A stretch of 61,858 nt of DNA, the filler included, from Aduncisulcus paluster (taxonomy: Eukaryota): assembly GCA_024181965.1 (NCBI GenBank). It is 5 parts of 5 records of this genome, joined end to end, with 100 filler letters (N's around TTAATTAATTAA, not from the genome) between each part and the next. Parts side by side here need not be neighbours in the genome. Positions count along the whole stretch, not along the records: positions 15,078 to 40,222 come from BQXS01011246.1; 4 more parts are not named here. One strand, written 5' to 3'. Made by a program: the position numbers and the translations under genes. How positions within the stretch are numbered: the stretch's first letter is position 1; each line of letters begins with the position of its first letter. Of this stretch, positions 20,595 through 34,006 are shown one piece after another. The notes beneath the pieces were generated by a model. That model ran no database searches. It was not told the origin of the DNA and saw only the letters and a program-made list of their open reading frames with translations.

Positions 20595-22267
20595 GGAGAG
20601 ACAATAGAATATATTAGTATTAATAAAGTGATCACAATTGTTGTTCATAAAATGCCTATATATAATAAAGAAATACAAATTATAAGAATAACAATAAAAA
20701 AATAGTAATAAGAAACAAAGCACTACGTCATTTTTTTTTCTTTTTGTTTGTTTTTTTACAAAAATTCCTGTTACTCCCAATAGACACAAAATAGAACCTA
20801 AAAATAGAAATAATATATGGAATGAGAAAGAGTTTTGGAAACAGAAGAAGAAATATATGTATAAATATATTAATAGATATTAAAATTATATGGAATTAGA
20901 AGCTTATTGAAAGCAATTCTATAATATTGGAAATAGTAAAATAAAAAAGAAAAACAATAATAATAAAGAAAGAATAAAAAAATAAAAACCTTTTTATCAT
21001 ATAGATTATAATTGCTTTGAATGAAAGGTGAATATCGTTTGATTTAGCTTAGAAAAGTATCATTTTGAAGGAAATCTGAAAAATATCCACATGGAACCAA
21101 AAAATATTAAAAAATTATTAAATAAAAAACACATAGTTAATAAAATAAGTGTATAAAAAGAGCGGGAATATATATAAAAAATATAGCCTTGTGGAAATTC
21201 GAAAATAGATTTCAAAGATTAAAATAAAAAGACGAATAAAACATAAACCAAACAATAATTAATCTCAGGTAGTACAGTATAGTACAGTATAGCTGCCAAC
21301 AGAAAAGGGACTGTTAATGAATACCATATATTGCATAAAAAATACTCAATGATAGTCAATTGAACAACCACAATAAAAATATAACGACTAGGACAGAATA
21401 GAGCAAATAAGATAAGAAGATTGGCCCAGAACGTTTGGATGAGGTGGTTATAACACTTACAGAGACATGAACATGATCCAAAAATAGAGAGAAATGTGAA
21501 TAATATCGATGATATTTAAACTCATAAAACCTTTGATTCCAGCCCTTGTAAGTCAGCACACTACATGTATATAGTACAGTACAGTACAGTACATGTCTAA
21601 TGTGCAAGTCCTGATGTGTGTTCTTAGAGAGAGAAGAGGAAATAAATGGAAAGAAGTACAGTTTAGAAATGCACTAAAATGCAATAATAAATAAGATTAA
21701 TCAATTAATAATATAAAAAATGATCATCTGATGAGATTCAATCCGTGATTCTAAAAATAGTAATTTCTAAAAACCAAAAAAAGAGAGAGAGAATAACATG
21801 TCGGTCTAGAATAAAAAAAAATAGATATTGTATTTGGAAAAAGAAGAGCGGGAAAAAACACCAAAATTTGAGCAAAAACCGATATGATGAAATTCCTCAG
21901 ACCATAAAATATGCAATCTCACATGATTCCTTCAAATTGACCGTCTAAAAATAGATTGAGAATATCAGAAGAAATGGGGGGAACGATGAGAAAAGTGAGT
22001 TTTCACCATTCACCCCAACCATGTTAAAAAAAAGGATATTAAAAGTTGAGACATTTATATATGGAATAAAAGCAAAATAGAATAAAAGATATAGAAAAGA
22101 TAATAGATGCATGTAAATGAGAGAAGAAGGGCAATCTTGGAAAGGTAAAAATAATTCTCTTCAAAACTCTACAATCCTTTTTTTTTTTTTTTTTTTTTTT
22201 TCACCAAAAAGGAGGTCTTGACATAACCATAAAGGCGGATATATATCAGCCATTTCAAACTCCATTC

Positions 22268-25200
22268 CTATTCGTACTCATGCATTAGTTCAATGGAAGA
22301 GTGAGGCCCAGAAAGAGGAGCAGAGTCCACCAAATGAAGCATATCATCACTGGAGAGACCAGGGGTGTCACTGAAGAAGAAAGAGGGAGATAAGCAAGGA
22401 AGGAGGCGACATTGGAACTTTGCAATCACATCAGAACTGGAAGGATGATCATGCTTCCTCGTGCGGACACAGAAGGTCATCGAACAACCACTTGGATTCT
22501 GCATTAGAAGCTCCATATCTTTAACATCGCTCCACTGTATTATTGAGGCGTGGAACACACCTGAGCTGGAGATAGCCTCACTCACACAGGAAGGAATATG
22601 CTTGGGTACCACGCAAGGAGTGCCAGAGTGGATAGGTTGGAACACAGTGGGTTGGGTTGAAGAAAGAGCGGAGAAGAGTTGTGAAGAGGGTTGTACAGGA
22701 CAAGAATAAATGTGATCAAGGATCTGCATCAGGTCTGGATGATCAGGAGAGGATTCGACAAGGTATGATGCGATCTTTTCAAGGATATAACTCCACCAGA
22801 CGGCTTTGATGTGGGTGATCCGTTCTCCAACTTGTCCACCACGCTCAACTGCACGAGGAATACACTCACTAAGCAGAACTTGAGGGAGGGGAGCAAAAAA
22901 ACGAATGGATGGCTCCACGGGATACCTTATCCTGGGCTGGGAGGATTTATCTTCNNNNNNNNNNNNNNNNNNNNGGTCTGGATGATCAGGAGAGGATTCG
23001 ACAAGGTATGATGCGATCTTTTCAAGGATATAACTCCACCAGACGGCTTTGATGTGGGTGATCCGTTCTCCAACTTGTCCACCACGCTCAACTGCACGAT
23101 GAATACACTCACTAAGCAGAACTTGAGGGAGGGGAGCAAAAAAACGAATGGATGGCTCCACGGGATACCTTATCCTGGGCTGGGAGGATTTATCTTCTGC
23201 TTTAGAGGAAGTCAAAGATGAGTCAGGAGATATTCCCCCCTGCAAGAGAGTATGTGAATCTTGGGACAACTGAGCACTAGATCCAGATGCATCCTTATTA
23301 AAGACTTGTCCAGTTGCAAGAGGTGAGCTTAGACCAGTATCCATTTCATGTTTGCGTGACTCTTGTTCAACTACATCTTTCCGTTTCTCTTTGAGGGCTG
23401 CGAGAAGACTCCTGTGGATGGCATATGGGTGGATATTGGAAAGTTTCTCGGAAGTCGTCGATGAAGAGGACATGGGAGAGAATAAATCGGAACGAAGAGC
23501 AGCATAAGCACTCTCAAGGAACAACCCAGACGACAACAGTCCGGTTGGGAGTTCGGAACTGCCAATCTCATGAACGAATGAATCTGTGGACGGAAACATT
23601 GGAGTAGATCCTGTAGGTTTGTGACGTTTACCAGAAAATCCATTTCCTTGGGGCTTAGGGGGAGATAACATGAACCCAGTAGGCGACTTATGAGAAAATC
23701 TCTCAATATCATCGTACTCCTCAGTTTTCATATCAATAACTATGTGCCTGTGATAAGGATCCATATCATCTGGAGGGAATCTGGACAAGGCGGGGGTTGA
23801 ACCCACAACTCCATGGTTTGAAGACTTGTCATCAGAAGAATCTAAAGGCTTGAAAAAGCGATAAGATTGCTTCCAAACCCAACGTCCTGTCCTTTTAGAG
23901 GTTGCAGATTCTTCACAAATAGCCTCAGCATTAGGAGCATCATCTTTCCATTCCCAATAACCTTCCTGCCATATTACACTCACAATTCTTGTGCTGTCAT
24001 AGTCTTCAACTTGACCAGAACGTGGGATACTGAAATGAACAAACATTTCACGACCATGGAACGCATGTCGATCAAAGGTCGTCTTGCATCGAATGGCATC
24101 CCTAACATCTCTGAAAAATACAAACACGAAACCACGATCGTGAATATGATTACAAACCAGGAGGATCTCACCAACAGACTTGAACAAGGACAGGATCTCT
24201 TGTAGATGGGTACTGTACTGGATATTCCGTACAAAGACAGCGTTTGTCACACATTCCTTGCCCCAAAAGAGGCAAGTCATGGGGACTTGATTACGCAGTT
24301 GGATGACTTCACTCAACTCGGCCAGTGTATACGATTTCATCTTAACCCAGATCTCCTTGGATGAAGATTGGTTGGCGGGAGCAGTGGGGGGCACAGTGGA
24401 AGAGGGAGGGAGAGTGGAGTAAGCTTGGACAGCAGTATATCCCGGGGGCTGTGGAGCTCTTGTCGTCATCGGGTATGTTCCTTGGGGTTGATACGACATC
24501 GGATGTGGATGAGTACTAGGGTGGGGATGAGGACGCGGAGAGGTATGATGGGGGTCATATTGTATTTGCTGGGTCCCTGAAGGACGGTACATTGGTTTGT
24601 CAACAATCTCATGAGGCCCATCAAAATGAACGGGGCGATGGAAAGAGCCAGGCTGATGTGATTCATGTCTTGATGAAGGGGGATATTGGGAAGGATAAGA
24701 AGGATGATAATGCCCAGATGGTTGCTCATATCTAGGGGCCTGTGGAGGAGCAGGTTGAGAAGAATACTGGAAATAGGCGTGAGGAGGGGCGGTTGGAGGT
24801 GGGGGAATCGACTGAGAATGCTGGTGGGTACCATATTGAGAAACATATTGATAATACCTTGATCTCTGGAAGCTACTGTCGGGAGGTGGAACTGAACGGA
24901 CGGAAAGAGGATGTTGAGGGTGATAATGTGAACTAGCTGGAACGTCAGATGATCTATAAACTGGACGACTTGACGAGGAATGGATCGAAGCTTGATGGGG
25001 GCTAGGAGACGTTGAAGACCTGGCGGTATGTTGATGAGCTGGGGAGTAGGACTGAGGAGGAGTGAAAGAGCGTGAATCTTCTCGGAAAGAGTGAAAACCA
25101 GAGGTCTTCGGCATATATGTAGGAACTGGTCTAGATGAATGAGCAATTTGATGATTTTTAGGGGGATATCGTTGATGGGAAGGAGGTTCACGCTGGAATG

Positions 25201-25783
25201 ATTGTCTTTGATCATAGTGAATAAATCCCCTCTCTCGTCTTGAAGAGCCGTCCCTAAATGATTGATTGCCAGATTCTATCCCTTTATCTGCCATGGATGA
25301 CATGATTGAAGAAGACTCACGAAATTGCTGCTGTTCACGAATATCCTGGCCTGAAAACGGAGAAGTGAATGAAATACCTTCATGGTCACGCGTTGGTCGA
25401 TAACTCGGGTTTGGAATAGAGTGCGAGGTCGAGAATCTTGACGAAGAAGGAGGGGTTACGGAATATGAAGTTCCAGTGGATTTAGCTCTCAATTTATCAC
25501 TAATTTGGGAAGAATCATAAGGAATTGATTGGGAATACTCCCAAGTTCCATCAAATGAGTCAACTCTCATACTCGTAGGTTCAGAAAGATCACGGAAGTC
25601 TTTGGAAGACTCTATCTTATGCATTGGCAATGGCATTAATGCACCATCTCCACCTATCGTTGTCTTTTCGATCGAATTTGGGAAATGAGAGGAAGAGTGG
25701 GGTATTGTGCTTGGATGAGAAGATATAGATTCGCTTCTCCCATCGGAGGGAGCTGAAGCAAAATAATAGGATGGTTTGTCCAT
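22268..25783 (-). CDS. RNA-binding protein with one Mei2-like RRM and a long S/P/H/Q/Y low-complexity N-terminus; about 1090 aa after collapsing the gap duplication
   Basis: VFVRNI...RGFVFVFFRDVRDA...VHFSIPR resembles RRM1 of Mei2-like proteins. Start placed at MDKPSY because sequence further upstream is AT-rich. Confidence 0.78.
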   Translation of the reverse strand: MDKPSYYFASAPSDGRSESISSHPSTIPHSSSHFPNSIEKTTIGGDGALMPLPMHKIESSKDFRDLSEPTSMRVDSFDGTWEYSQSIPYDSSQISDKLRAKSTGTSYSVTPPSSSRFSTSHSIPNPSYRPTRDHEGISFTSPFSGQDIREQQQFRESSSIMSSMADKGIESGNQSFRDGSSRRERGFIHYDQRQSFQREPPSHQRYPPKNHQIAHSSRPVPTYMPKTSGFHSFREDSRSFTPPQSYSPAHQHTARSSTSPSPHQASIHSSSSRPVYRSSDVPASSHYHPQHPLSVRSVPPPDSSFQRSRYYQYVSQYGTHQHSQSIPPPPTAPPHAYFQYSSQPAPPQAPRYEQPSGHYHPSYPSQYPPSSRHESHQPGSFHRPVHFDGPHEIVDKPMYRPSGTQQIQYDPHHTSPRPHPHPSTHPHPMSYQPQGTYPMTTRAPQPPGYTAVQAYSTLPPSSTVPPTAPANQSSSKEIWVKMKSYTLAELSEVIQLRNQVPMTCLFWGKECVTNAVFVRNIQYSTHLQEILSLFKSVGEILLVCNHIHDRGFVFVFFRDVRDAIRCKTTFDRHAFHGREMFVHFSIPRSGQVEDYDSTRIVSVIWQEGYWEWKDDAPNAEAICEESATSKRTGRWVWKQSYRFFKPLDSSDDKSSNHGVVGSTPALSRFPPDDMDPYHRHIVIDMKTEEYDDIERFSHKSPTGFMLSPPKPQGNGFSGKRHKPTGSTPMFPSTDSFVHEIGSSELPTGLLSSGLFLESAYAALRSDLFSPMSSSSTTSEKLSNIHPYAIHRSLLAALKEKRKDVVEQESRKHEMDTGLSSPLATGQVFNKDASGSSAQLSQDSHTLLQGGISPDSSLTSSKAEDKSSQPRIRYPVEPSIRFFAPLPQVLLSECIHRAVERGGQVGERITHIKAVWWSYILEKIASYLVESSPDHPDXXXXXXXEDKSSQPRIRYPVEPSIRFFAPLPQVLLSECIPRAVERGGQVGERITHIKAVWWSYILEKIASYLVESSPDHPDLMQILDHIYSCPVQPSSQLFSALSSTQPTVFQPIHSGTPCVVPKHIPSCVSEAISSSGVFHASIIQWSDVKDMELLMQNPSGCSMTFCVRTRKHDHPSSSDVIAKFQCRLLPCLSPSFFFSDTPGLSSDDMLHLVDSAPLSGPHSSIELMHEYE

Positions 25784-26291
25784 TATAGATGTGATAATGA
25801 AACAAAATTGAACCTCCTGATAATAATATTTGACAGAAATCATGGTATTATTTTTACGAATTGGACCAGGATCTCCAACATGAATTGAAAGATTTGGAAT
25901 CATTTTAATATGGTATTCGCGTGATATTTGGGTTTTATTTTTGAGCCAACTTGGAAAACAAGCTGATAGCGAGATGTGAAAATATTTCACTATATTAGAA
26001 TCACAACAGAGTATATTCGGATGATAATGCTGAAAATCATGCATTATAACATTATCTATCCGTAATATCAAAAATAATATGTTGTTTTACTAAAGAAGCC
26101 AAAGCCTTTGGTAACGAGAAAATTGGAAGGGATATGTCGGGAATAAGATGCAATCAGCAAAAAATACAGTTGTACAGTACAGTATATATAACTCTTAGAT
26201 ATCTATTTGCTAATTTGTATTGAGAAATAGGTGTTTTGAAGAAGAACGAAGGTCGAACTTCAAAGAAACAGCATAATTGAACTCATTATCA

Positions 26292-27031
26292 CTAAAAAAT
26301 AACAAATCGAATTATGAGACATATGATAACTATCGCTCCAACAACGACAGATGGCCCAAATTGTTGCCAAAAAGGTGTGTGTAACAAATCTTGTGCACTT
26401 TTAGCGTATCCTGAAGCATGAACCATAAGATCGGCACTCATTTTTTCCAAACTATCTAATCTTTCACCTCTTCCCATTACATCTTTTATATTTTGAACCA
26501 TAATATCATGAACAGATGATAATTCGGTTTCGATCTTTCTTAATTTTGTAGTATCTGATTGATCAAACTTAGTTTGTTGTGATTCAATGACGGAAGCAAA
26601 TCCGGCACTTTCCAATTGTCGGGTGTAGTGAATTCTTGCAAATTTTGACTTGTGGAATTCGGAAGAGATTTGTTCGACAAAACTAAGGCCGATTGCATCA
26701 GCAACACTGATTTCAGTCATTGTTAAAAATAAAAATCCATTATTTACAGTGTAGCTATTCCAAAATTATGAGAAAAGTCAAGAAATAACAAAAAAGATAA
26801 GAAATTGTCACAAAGTAGAAACAAGGAATAGAGATCGGACACGTACTTAAACTTATATTTTTGTGATCTTATTGATCCTTTGTTATGTTCTGCCCAAGGG
26901 GCCTCAGAAATAAGAGTTCTAACCTCATTCACATATCTTTTCAAGGAACCCCGAGATTCATCGCCTGAAATACAAACAATTAATCTTTCTGGCAATTTTA
27001 CCACATATGTAAGAACAAACATTGATGCCAT
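26292..27031 (-). CDS. SEC22: Longin R-SNARE Sec22; two exons (27031..26847, 26754..26292), 215 aa
   Basis: Removing the 92-nt intron GTACGT...AATAG (26846..26755) gives KYKFNYTVNNGFLFLTMTE in the longin domain. SNARE motif IETELSSVHDIMVQNIKDVMGRGERL and a C-terminal TM anchor. Confidence 0.85.
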
Positions 27032-27171
27032 TGTTGATTATTGGATCAAAACTGCGAGAGCTGACAGCAGATCCATTGGAAAAAAAAATCAGAATGCCAT
27101 GAATATCATGGAACAAGGTTTTTTTTCAGAAATAATTACTTTTGAAAATTTTAAATTTTTTATTATAAACA

Positions 27172-29342
27172 TCACAAACCCATCCGTTTCCTTGCCATAC
27201 GGTTGACCTCTCTCATCTTCCCCATTTCCTTGGTTTTATCACCAGTCACAGTAGTACTGACAAGTTTTTGTGACCTTGATAACTCACTAAAAGGAATATG
27301 TGGTTTCTTCTGCTTTCTCCTTTCAGCAATAGCTGGAATAGGCTGTCTGGGATTTGTTTGTTTCATAGTAGATCGTCCTGGATGGATTGCCTTTGTTCCA
27401 GACAAGTGTGGAGGAAGGTGTGGTTTGTTTCTTCCCAGAGACTCAGTTCCAAACTCTCGGAATGTACGCATAGACTCTTCCTCTCTTCGGAGACGTTCCT
27501 CACGAGTTTTTTGCATTTTCCGTTCCTTCTCCTTCTCCTCTTTCCTCTTCTTCTCCTCGGCCTCTTGTTCTTCGGCCTTCTTCTTCTCAATCTCTTTCTC
27601 TGATTTGCCTNNNNNNNNNNNNNNNNNNNNCCTTGATAACTCACTAAAAGGAATATGTGGTTTCTTCTGCTTTCTCCTTTCAGCAATAGCTGGAATAGGC
27701 TGTCTGGGATTTGTTTGTTTCATAGTAGATCGTCCTGGATGGATTGCCTTTGTTCCAGACAAGTGTGGAGGAAGGTGTGGTTTGTTTCTTCCCAGAGACT
27801 CAGTTCCAAACTCTCGGAATGTACGCATAGACTCTTCCTCTCTTCGGAGACGTTCCTCACGAGTTTTTTGCATTTTCCGTTCCTTCTCCTTCTCCTCTTT
27901 CCTCTTATTCTCCTCGGCCTCTTGTTCTTCGGCCTTCTTCTTCTCAATCTCTTTCTCTGATTTGCCTTTCAAATGCTTTAGAGGGACGATTCCAATCCCA
28001 GGGATCATTCTTCCTTCTTCTTCTTCTCCACTTATTCCACCAAACTGATCTGATGATGTGGAGGACATTGTAAGATACTGGGACATGGTCATACTCTTTG
28101 GATTGATGAATTGGGATCCAGGGATAGACGATTGAGCCATGGAAGCAGATCCACTAGAAGGGAGCGAACGATTCGTCAATTTGGTGGGGCCACCTTTCAA
28201 AACACCACGAGATGTGACCACACTGACTCCAACGGCTGGGTGAACGGTATCTTCTGTCAAAGGAATGTCAGCGAAGGACTTCACAGTTGCGCCAAGTGGA
28301 TTGGAGGAGGACGAGGAAGACTTGGGGGAAGATGACGCCGAAGAGGTTGTGTGTTTGGGAATCTTTGGTTTGTTAATGTGACGAAGACCATCTGGTTTAT
28401 CCAGACCCTCTTTGCCTTTTGTCGATTCAGAATCCTTCGAGGGAGCAGTACTGAAATCGACACTAACTGGAACTTTTTGTTTGGAGAGTCCTTTGACCTT
28501 CACTTTATCACTTCTTCGACGTTCATGGCTGGAATGGTTGGAACTGCTCGTTGAGGCCGACTTGGAGAGCTTTTGGTGGGCATTCCGACGCTGACGACCT
28601 TCTTTCTCACGAATGACACTCATCACTCTCTGGCGGACTTCTCCTTCCCTGTCGATTGTAGAAACCATGGAAGATGGACGTGGGCCCGCAAAGGACACAC
28701 GACGATCGGAGATATCTTTTGTGAGTGAACTTCCAAGAGACTTACTTCCGGGTTTACGTGGTTTGCGTTTCAAAGTGAGAGTGTGTCCAACACCAAATAC
28801 ATTATCTTTAGGCTTGGAGATAACTCCAGGTGAAGACCCGGTGGGCATGGGACCAGCAATATCATAATTACGGGGAACAGTCTCATATGTCATGGCTCTA
28901 TCAAATCTGTCGAGCTGTTTAATCTCTTTGGTGCCCTGTGGAATGAATTTTGGTGCAAAAATATCAATATGAGGGATTGGTGGAATCTCTAAAATAACAT
29001 TAAAACCAAGGAAACACAAAGAGAGATAAAGATAAATAAAAACAGAATTAATAAGAATAGATAGAAAAACATCAGGAGTAAGAACATACCGGTCGCAGTA
29101 TCGACTTCTTTCTTAGGTTCTTTAAAAGTGGATTCTTCATGTTCAATTTCATCTAAAATGGAATTAATAAAACTTTTTGTGGAATATTCGATAATTGATT
29201 CATCTGTATCTATATGTTTTACATATATTTCTCTTTCAACTTCATCTAAAATATGGTTAACGACAGATTTGCATGTTTCATATGAAGAATGATAAGAATA
29301 GGTAATATTTAGGGCTGAAAGCTGTCTTTCCTTTAAAGACAT
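27172..29342 (-). CDS. Two-exon hypothetical protein (29342..29090, 28988..27172), about 570 aa after collapsing the gap duplication; weak resemblance to C2orf81-like proteins
   Basis: A 101-nt intron GTATGT...TTTAG (29089..28989) joins the two ORFs in frame (..VDTAT-E-IPPIPHID..). The family resemblance is by eye and weak. Confidence 0.75.
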
Positions 29343-29685
29343 TTCAATTTATGATTAATCAAAAAAAATATGTTGTAATTCCTGCCAAAACTCGCTATTT
29401 TCTGAATTCTTGGAATTCCATTTTTATTAATTCTGTTATTCAAATTGTCAATTGTTTTTATGAAGTAAATGAAATGATATTTTTAAATATTTGCTGTATT
29501 GCATGAGATAGGAATTGCCAACGAAAACAATGTAACTAGCCAAAGGATAAAGGTGTCTAGATTTTATTTTGGAACAATTCAAAGGTTTTATTTTTTGATT
29601 ACTCCCAAAAATTAAGGAGATATGCCTTCAATTAGCATGGGAATGATTCGTTCACATTTTTTCTTGCATTAACTCCTATTGCCTG

Positions 29686-32600
29686 ATGAGCTCAGCAAAG
29701 GGTGATAGAATCCCATGTTTTGAAGATATAAAAAAGCAAATTATCGCAGATATAGATGCAGCTGCTTCTAAAAAGCTCTCAGACATTCGAAAGGAAATTT
29801 CACAACAGAAAATGCTAAAATTATACCATAATTATGGAAATCCAGAATCAAACAATGAATCTAAGATAAAAAATATCATGACTCGGTTGTCTCCGCCTCC
29901 ATCTTTCAGTGATATTGCTGGCGAAGTAAGTTTTTATGATGAACAGGCCGAACAGAAAGAAGTTATGGAAGAATTGGGCAAGACTGAACAGGAAACAGCT
30001 GTTTTGGAAAGGATAAAGTCATTATTAAGTTTTCCAGAGACATTTTCTCTCGAAGAGACTATTGATCTCCACCACAGTGATAAGGAGAGCTCTGAAACTT
30101 CAGAACCCCCTATTAAGGAGATATCCGAGAAGAGTAGTGAAGATATTACAATTTTAAAATCCTCTTCTCTCAAAATCCTTCCCCAAGCTTCAAGCATATC
30201 TAATCCAGAATCTGTATCTAGACATGAGTCTCTCAGCGATTTCAGAGGAAAATCATCACCTATATCACGATCTATGAGTTCAAGCTCCTCTTCTATGTCT
30301 AATCCTATCCCTGCTATGGATTTACATCCGACAACAGTTCCGGATCCATCAAACCCATATTCCAGCAAAAACACGAAAGAATTATTTCATAAAGATGTTT
30401 TAGATAGTGTTATGACCTTATCTCAGATGCAAGAAGGTAGATTTGGACATCTCGTTGAATCTTCCCGTAATGCCCCTCAATGTCATACTCCTGTCCCAAC
30501 AGAAACGACAGCATCAAGTTCTATACGTAATTTACAAGATCTTGAACAGCCTACATCTCTTACATCCTCTAAGAAAGCTCTCACTCAAAATAATCACGTT
30601 ATTTCCGCAGAAAGAGATGAATCTCCGAAAGTTTCAAGTCGCCCAACCACTGTTAAGTTTAGTGAACCAAAGGAGATCTATGTTGCTCACGATCAGCCCC
30701 AAATTATGAAGGAAGAAGATGGATATGAAGCCTCAACTCCTCGAGCTCATAGTGAACAACCACAGGCTATTCCTTTCCATGAAAAGCCTCAATTTGCCTC
30801 GAAACAACCGTCTCGTGATACATCAACCGTTCCTAGGACTGCTTCTCTCTCGAATTCCCATGATACCACAGAAGATGGAGGTTTCTGGGTCCAAGAGTCT
30901 TCCGACCATGAATCAGTTCGAGAACACCGTCATCCCACTCTCCAGGAGATCGCTATGGCCGAGGATGAGGATGCTATGCAACTCTTGGAGGAGAGGAGGA
31001 AAGAATCTGTTGCCCTACAGCTTGNNNNNNNNNNNNNNNNNNNNGGACTGCTTCTCTCTCGAATTCCCATGATACCACAGAAGATGGAGGTTTCTGGGTC
31101 CAAGAGTCTTCCGACCATGAATCAGTTCGAGAACACCGTCATCCCACTCTCCAGGAGATCGCTATGGCCGAGGATGAGGATGCTATGCAACTCTTGGAGG
31201 AGAGGAGGAAAGAATCTGTTGCCCTACAGCTTGAGCAGCAACGTGACCGGGCGGAGGAGGACAAAGCCATGCGAGAACTTGGGGACAGACATTTCGCCTC
31301 TTCACCACTCTCGACAGCAGCCGGTGTTCAACTATTGACTGCCACTCGTGGTACTGATGGAATGCCTTCTGCCTCTGGGCGGGTGCCTTCTGCTTCTTCT
31401 TCTGCATCTGTATTGAGTTCTCTGCACATGACACACCATTCTCCCTCTCTCTTGGTCTTTGGAAACACCGTCGAGGATGAAGAAAGCGAGGAGTCCTCAC
31501 ACGTCTCCTCATCTATTGTGGAATCCTTCCCTAATCGCAAGGAAGAAGTTGAGGAAGAGAAAGAAAGGGAGCGGATAAGGGACATGAAAGTCAAGAAAAT
31601 GTACAACGAAGGTATGAGAGGTTCCATGGGTCCTCATGCAACGAAAGGAGCTGTGCTTGTTGCAAGTCCACCAGCTGTGAGGGGAAAAATACGTCAGACA
31701 TATTCACAGATATATCAAAGAAGATCACAGATTACTTCGGGGAAGCCTGATTCCTCTTCCACTCAAAAGGATCAACCACTGCACGCTGCTTCTTCTCTAA
31801 AGACACTCTCTCGCTCCTCTTCTCATTCACACCATCCTCTTGTCGAACAGTCGGTAGCCATTGTTTCATCGCCATATCCTTCTCAGCAATCAAGAAGACA
31901 GTTGGCTCATGTCAGGAAGGCTCTGAGAGAAAGTAAGGGGAAAGGGAAGCAAAGGATTGCCGGAAAAGGGAGATCGCTACTCCCTGGGTCTGTTGGCGGT
32001 ATCAAGCCATCTGAATCTCTTAGTGCCATTGGTGAAGCCTCAGTTAATGCTCCATCTGGTGCTGTGGCTCCATCCATAGCTGCTCTCTCGACTCCAACAT
32101 ACACTGTGTTGGGCACATTGTCTCCTGCTTCGTCGCATCGCTTCTTGCACTCTGCCGAGGCTGGATGTCTCACTGAATCACACCATGACAGAGCTGTTCG
32201 TGATGGCAATCGCATCAAAAATGTCCAGAAATACATGGTTGACAGAGGAATGGAGGCTATTCATCTCAAGGAGGGGAAAGGAGATGCTGTGTTAGGATCT
32301 GTGGCCTCTCTTCATGATGTTTCTTCCACTGGTGCTGATTTTGGCTCTAATCAGGAGGTTGTCTTGTCAAAATACGTTCAGAAAGAAGTTCAAAAACAGA
32401 GACAGTGGGGGAAACGTGATGTTATTGCTGCTGAGCTAGCTGAAAGTAAGAAACGTATGAAGATGTCTGGGTCATCCTTGTGGGCTGCGGCGCCCGACAC
32501 CGCCTCATCAAGCTTGAATTCTTCCCCTCAGGAGGCTCCAAAGCGTAAAACGATGGGAATTGAAAGTGTTAATTCTGGTGTTCTCTCCCCCTCTGCCCTT

Positions 32601-33668
32601 GGATCTCGTATTTCCTCATTGCCTGACTCGACACTCTCTAGTACGAAGAAAGGTGAAAGTGTTGGACCCTCGGTTGTTCCTATTAATCGTCAGACGGGTG
32701 TACATCCGAACCGTCATGCCCTTGCCATGATGGGAGACTTCAGTAGTCGCAGATATCTGACTCGTGAGGAAGAGTACATGCGTGTTCTCTTGAGTGGCGG
32801 AGAAGGTGGGCTGGATGGAGAGAGAAGAGCCGGGATGAGGGTGTTCGGGGAAGGAACAGAGAAGATTCTATATGATATGATGATGCCCGAGAAGAAAGCA
32901 GCGGATGTGTCCTTTGGTATTGGTGTATGTGCTGGTATCGAGGGAGCTGTGAGTTCTTCCAAGGGTCTGATGGGTGGAAGAGACATTGAGAGAGATGCCA
33001 AGGTCATGTTGAATGGTCGTGACGTCAATCTGAGCTCTTCCGCTTTTAGCATGCACAAGGCTCTTCCCAAGAACTTGCACCAGGCTGGATTGGGAGCTCA
33101 TCCTCATGGTTTTCCTGCTTTCCCCTCTGTCTATCTCAAGAATTCTCTCGCTTCCACTGGGTATCCTTCTACCGCTACTCCCAGTCATGGTTCCACCTTT
33201 GGCTCTACTCTTCCCTCTGGCCCCAGTATGAAACCCCACCCGTCGGATGCGTTCTTTGATTCCGTTCATAATGCCATGACGGATCCTCTTCATCGTCTAA
33301 GTGCTGTCATGACCAGTCACGTGATGAAAAGCAAGCCATATCATTGTCACACGCTCGACACACTCGAGAAATGTAAACGAGGAGCAGCCAAGGCATTCGC
33401 TGTGAAGAGATCATCTGAATCGACTGTGGAAGAAGGGAAAGAGAAGCAGGATGGTATGGGTAGGGAGGAAGATACCATGAAGGGATTCGAGCCTCACATC
33501 CCCAAGGGACTGATGAGTGCTGGAACTTCGATTGGAACGGGCGCTTCTTCCATCTCTTCACTTAAAAGCTCTGTACATTCTTCAATTCCTTCAGTGACAT
33601 CACTATCTGGCTCGGCTCTGTTCAAGAGTTTGAAGCCCATGTCTTGGGAAGACCTTGGAAAACAATAA
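29686..33668 (+). CDS. Large Ser-rich, mostly low-complexity protein of unknown function; about 1257 aa after collapsing the gap duplication
   Basis: ORFs 29686.. and 31164.. become one frame when the 209-nt offset across the gap at 31025..31044 is removed. Confidence 0.8.
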
Positions 33669-34006
33669 TTAATGATAACATATGTTGTAATTTGAAAAAG
33701 GGTTTTTGCTCTCTTCTAGAGAACAAGTTGTTCAAGTTGACTATTACCAATAATGGAATTGTAGACATTTCACAGATTGATTTGGAATACATTCCATGAT
33801 TTTGGTACTTATTCTTATTTTTCATTAAAATAAATCTATTTATTTATGTGTTACCCATTTTCGATTTGAAAATCTTATTTGGATGCTTAATTGAAAATAA
33901 AAGGATAAAATTCATTTAAAATGGTAAGATAAATTGTAAATCATTTCTTATTTAGTCATTTTGTGAATATATTTCGAGAAAATTAGAAACGAGATTTTTC
34001 TTTGCA

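Noticed and set aside
25784..26071. 96-aa N-terminal extension of the RRM gene given by the ORF track
   Set aside because: It starts at TTG, is AT-rich and intergenic-like, and contains the candidate promoter motif. A downstream ATG is more plausible.
27203..28048. Long antisense or alternative-frame ORFs (27203..28048, 24466..25215, 3229..3894 and similar)
   Set aside because: They are shadows of low-complexity real genes and carry no motifs of their own.
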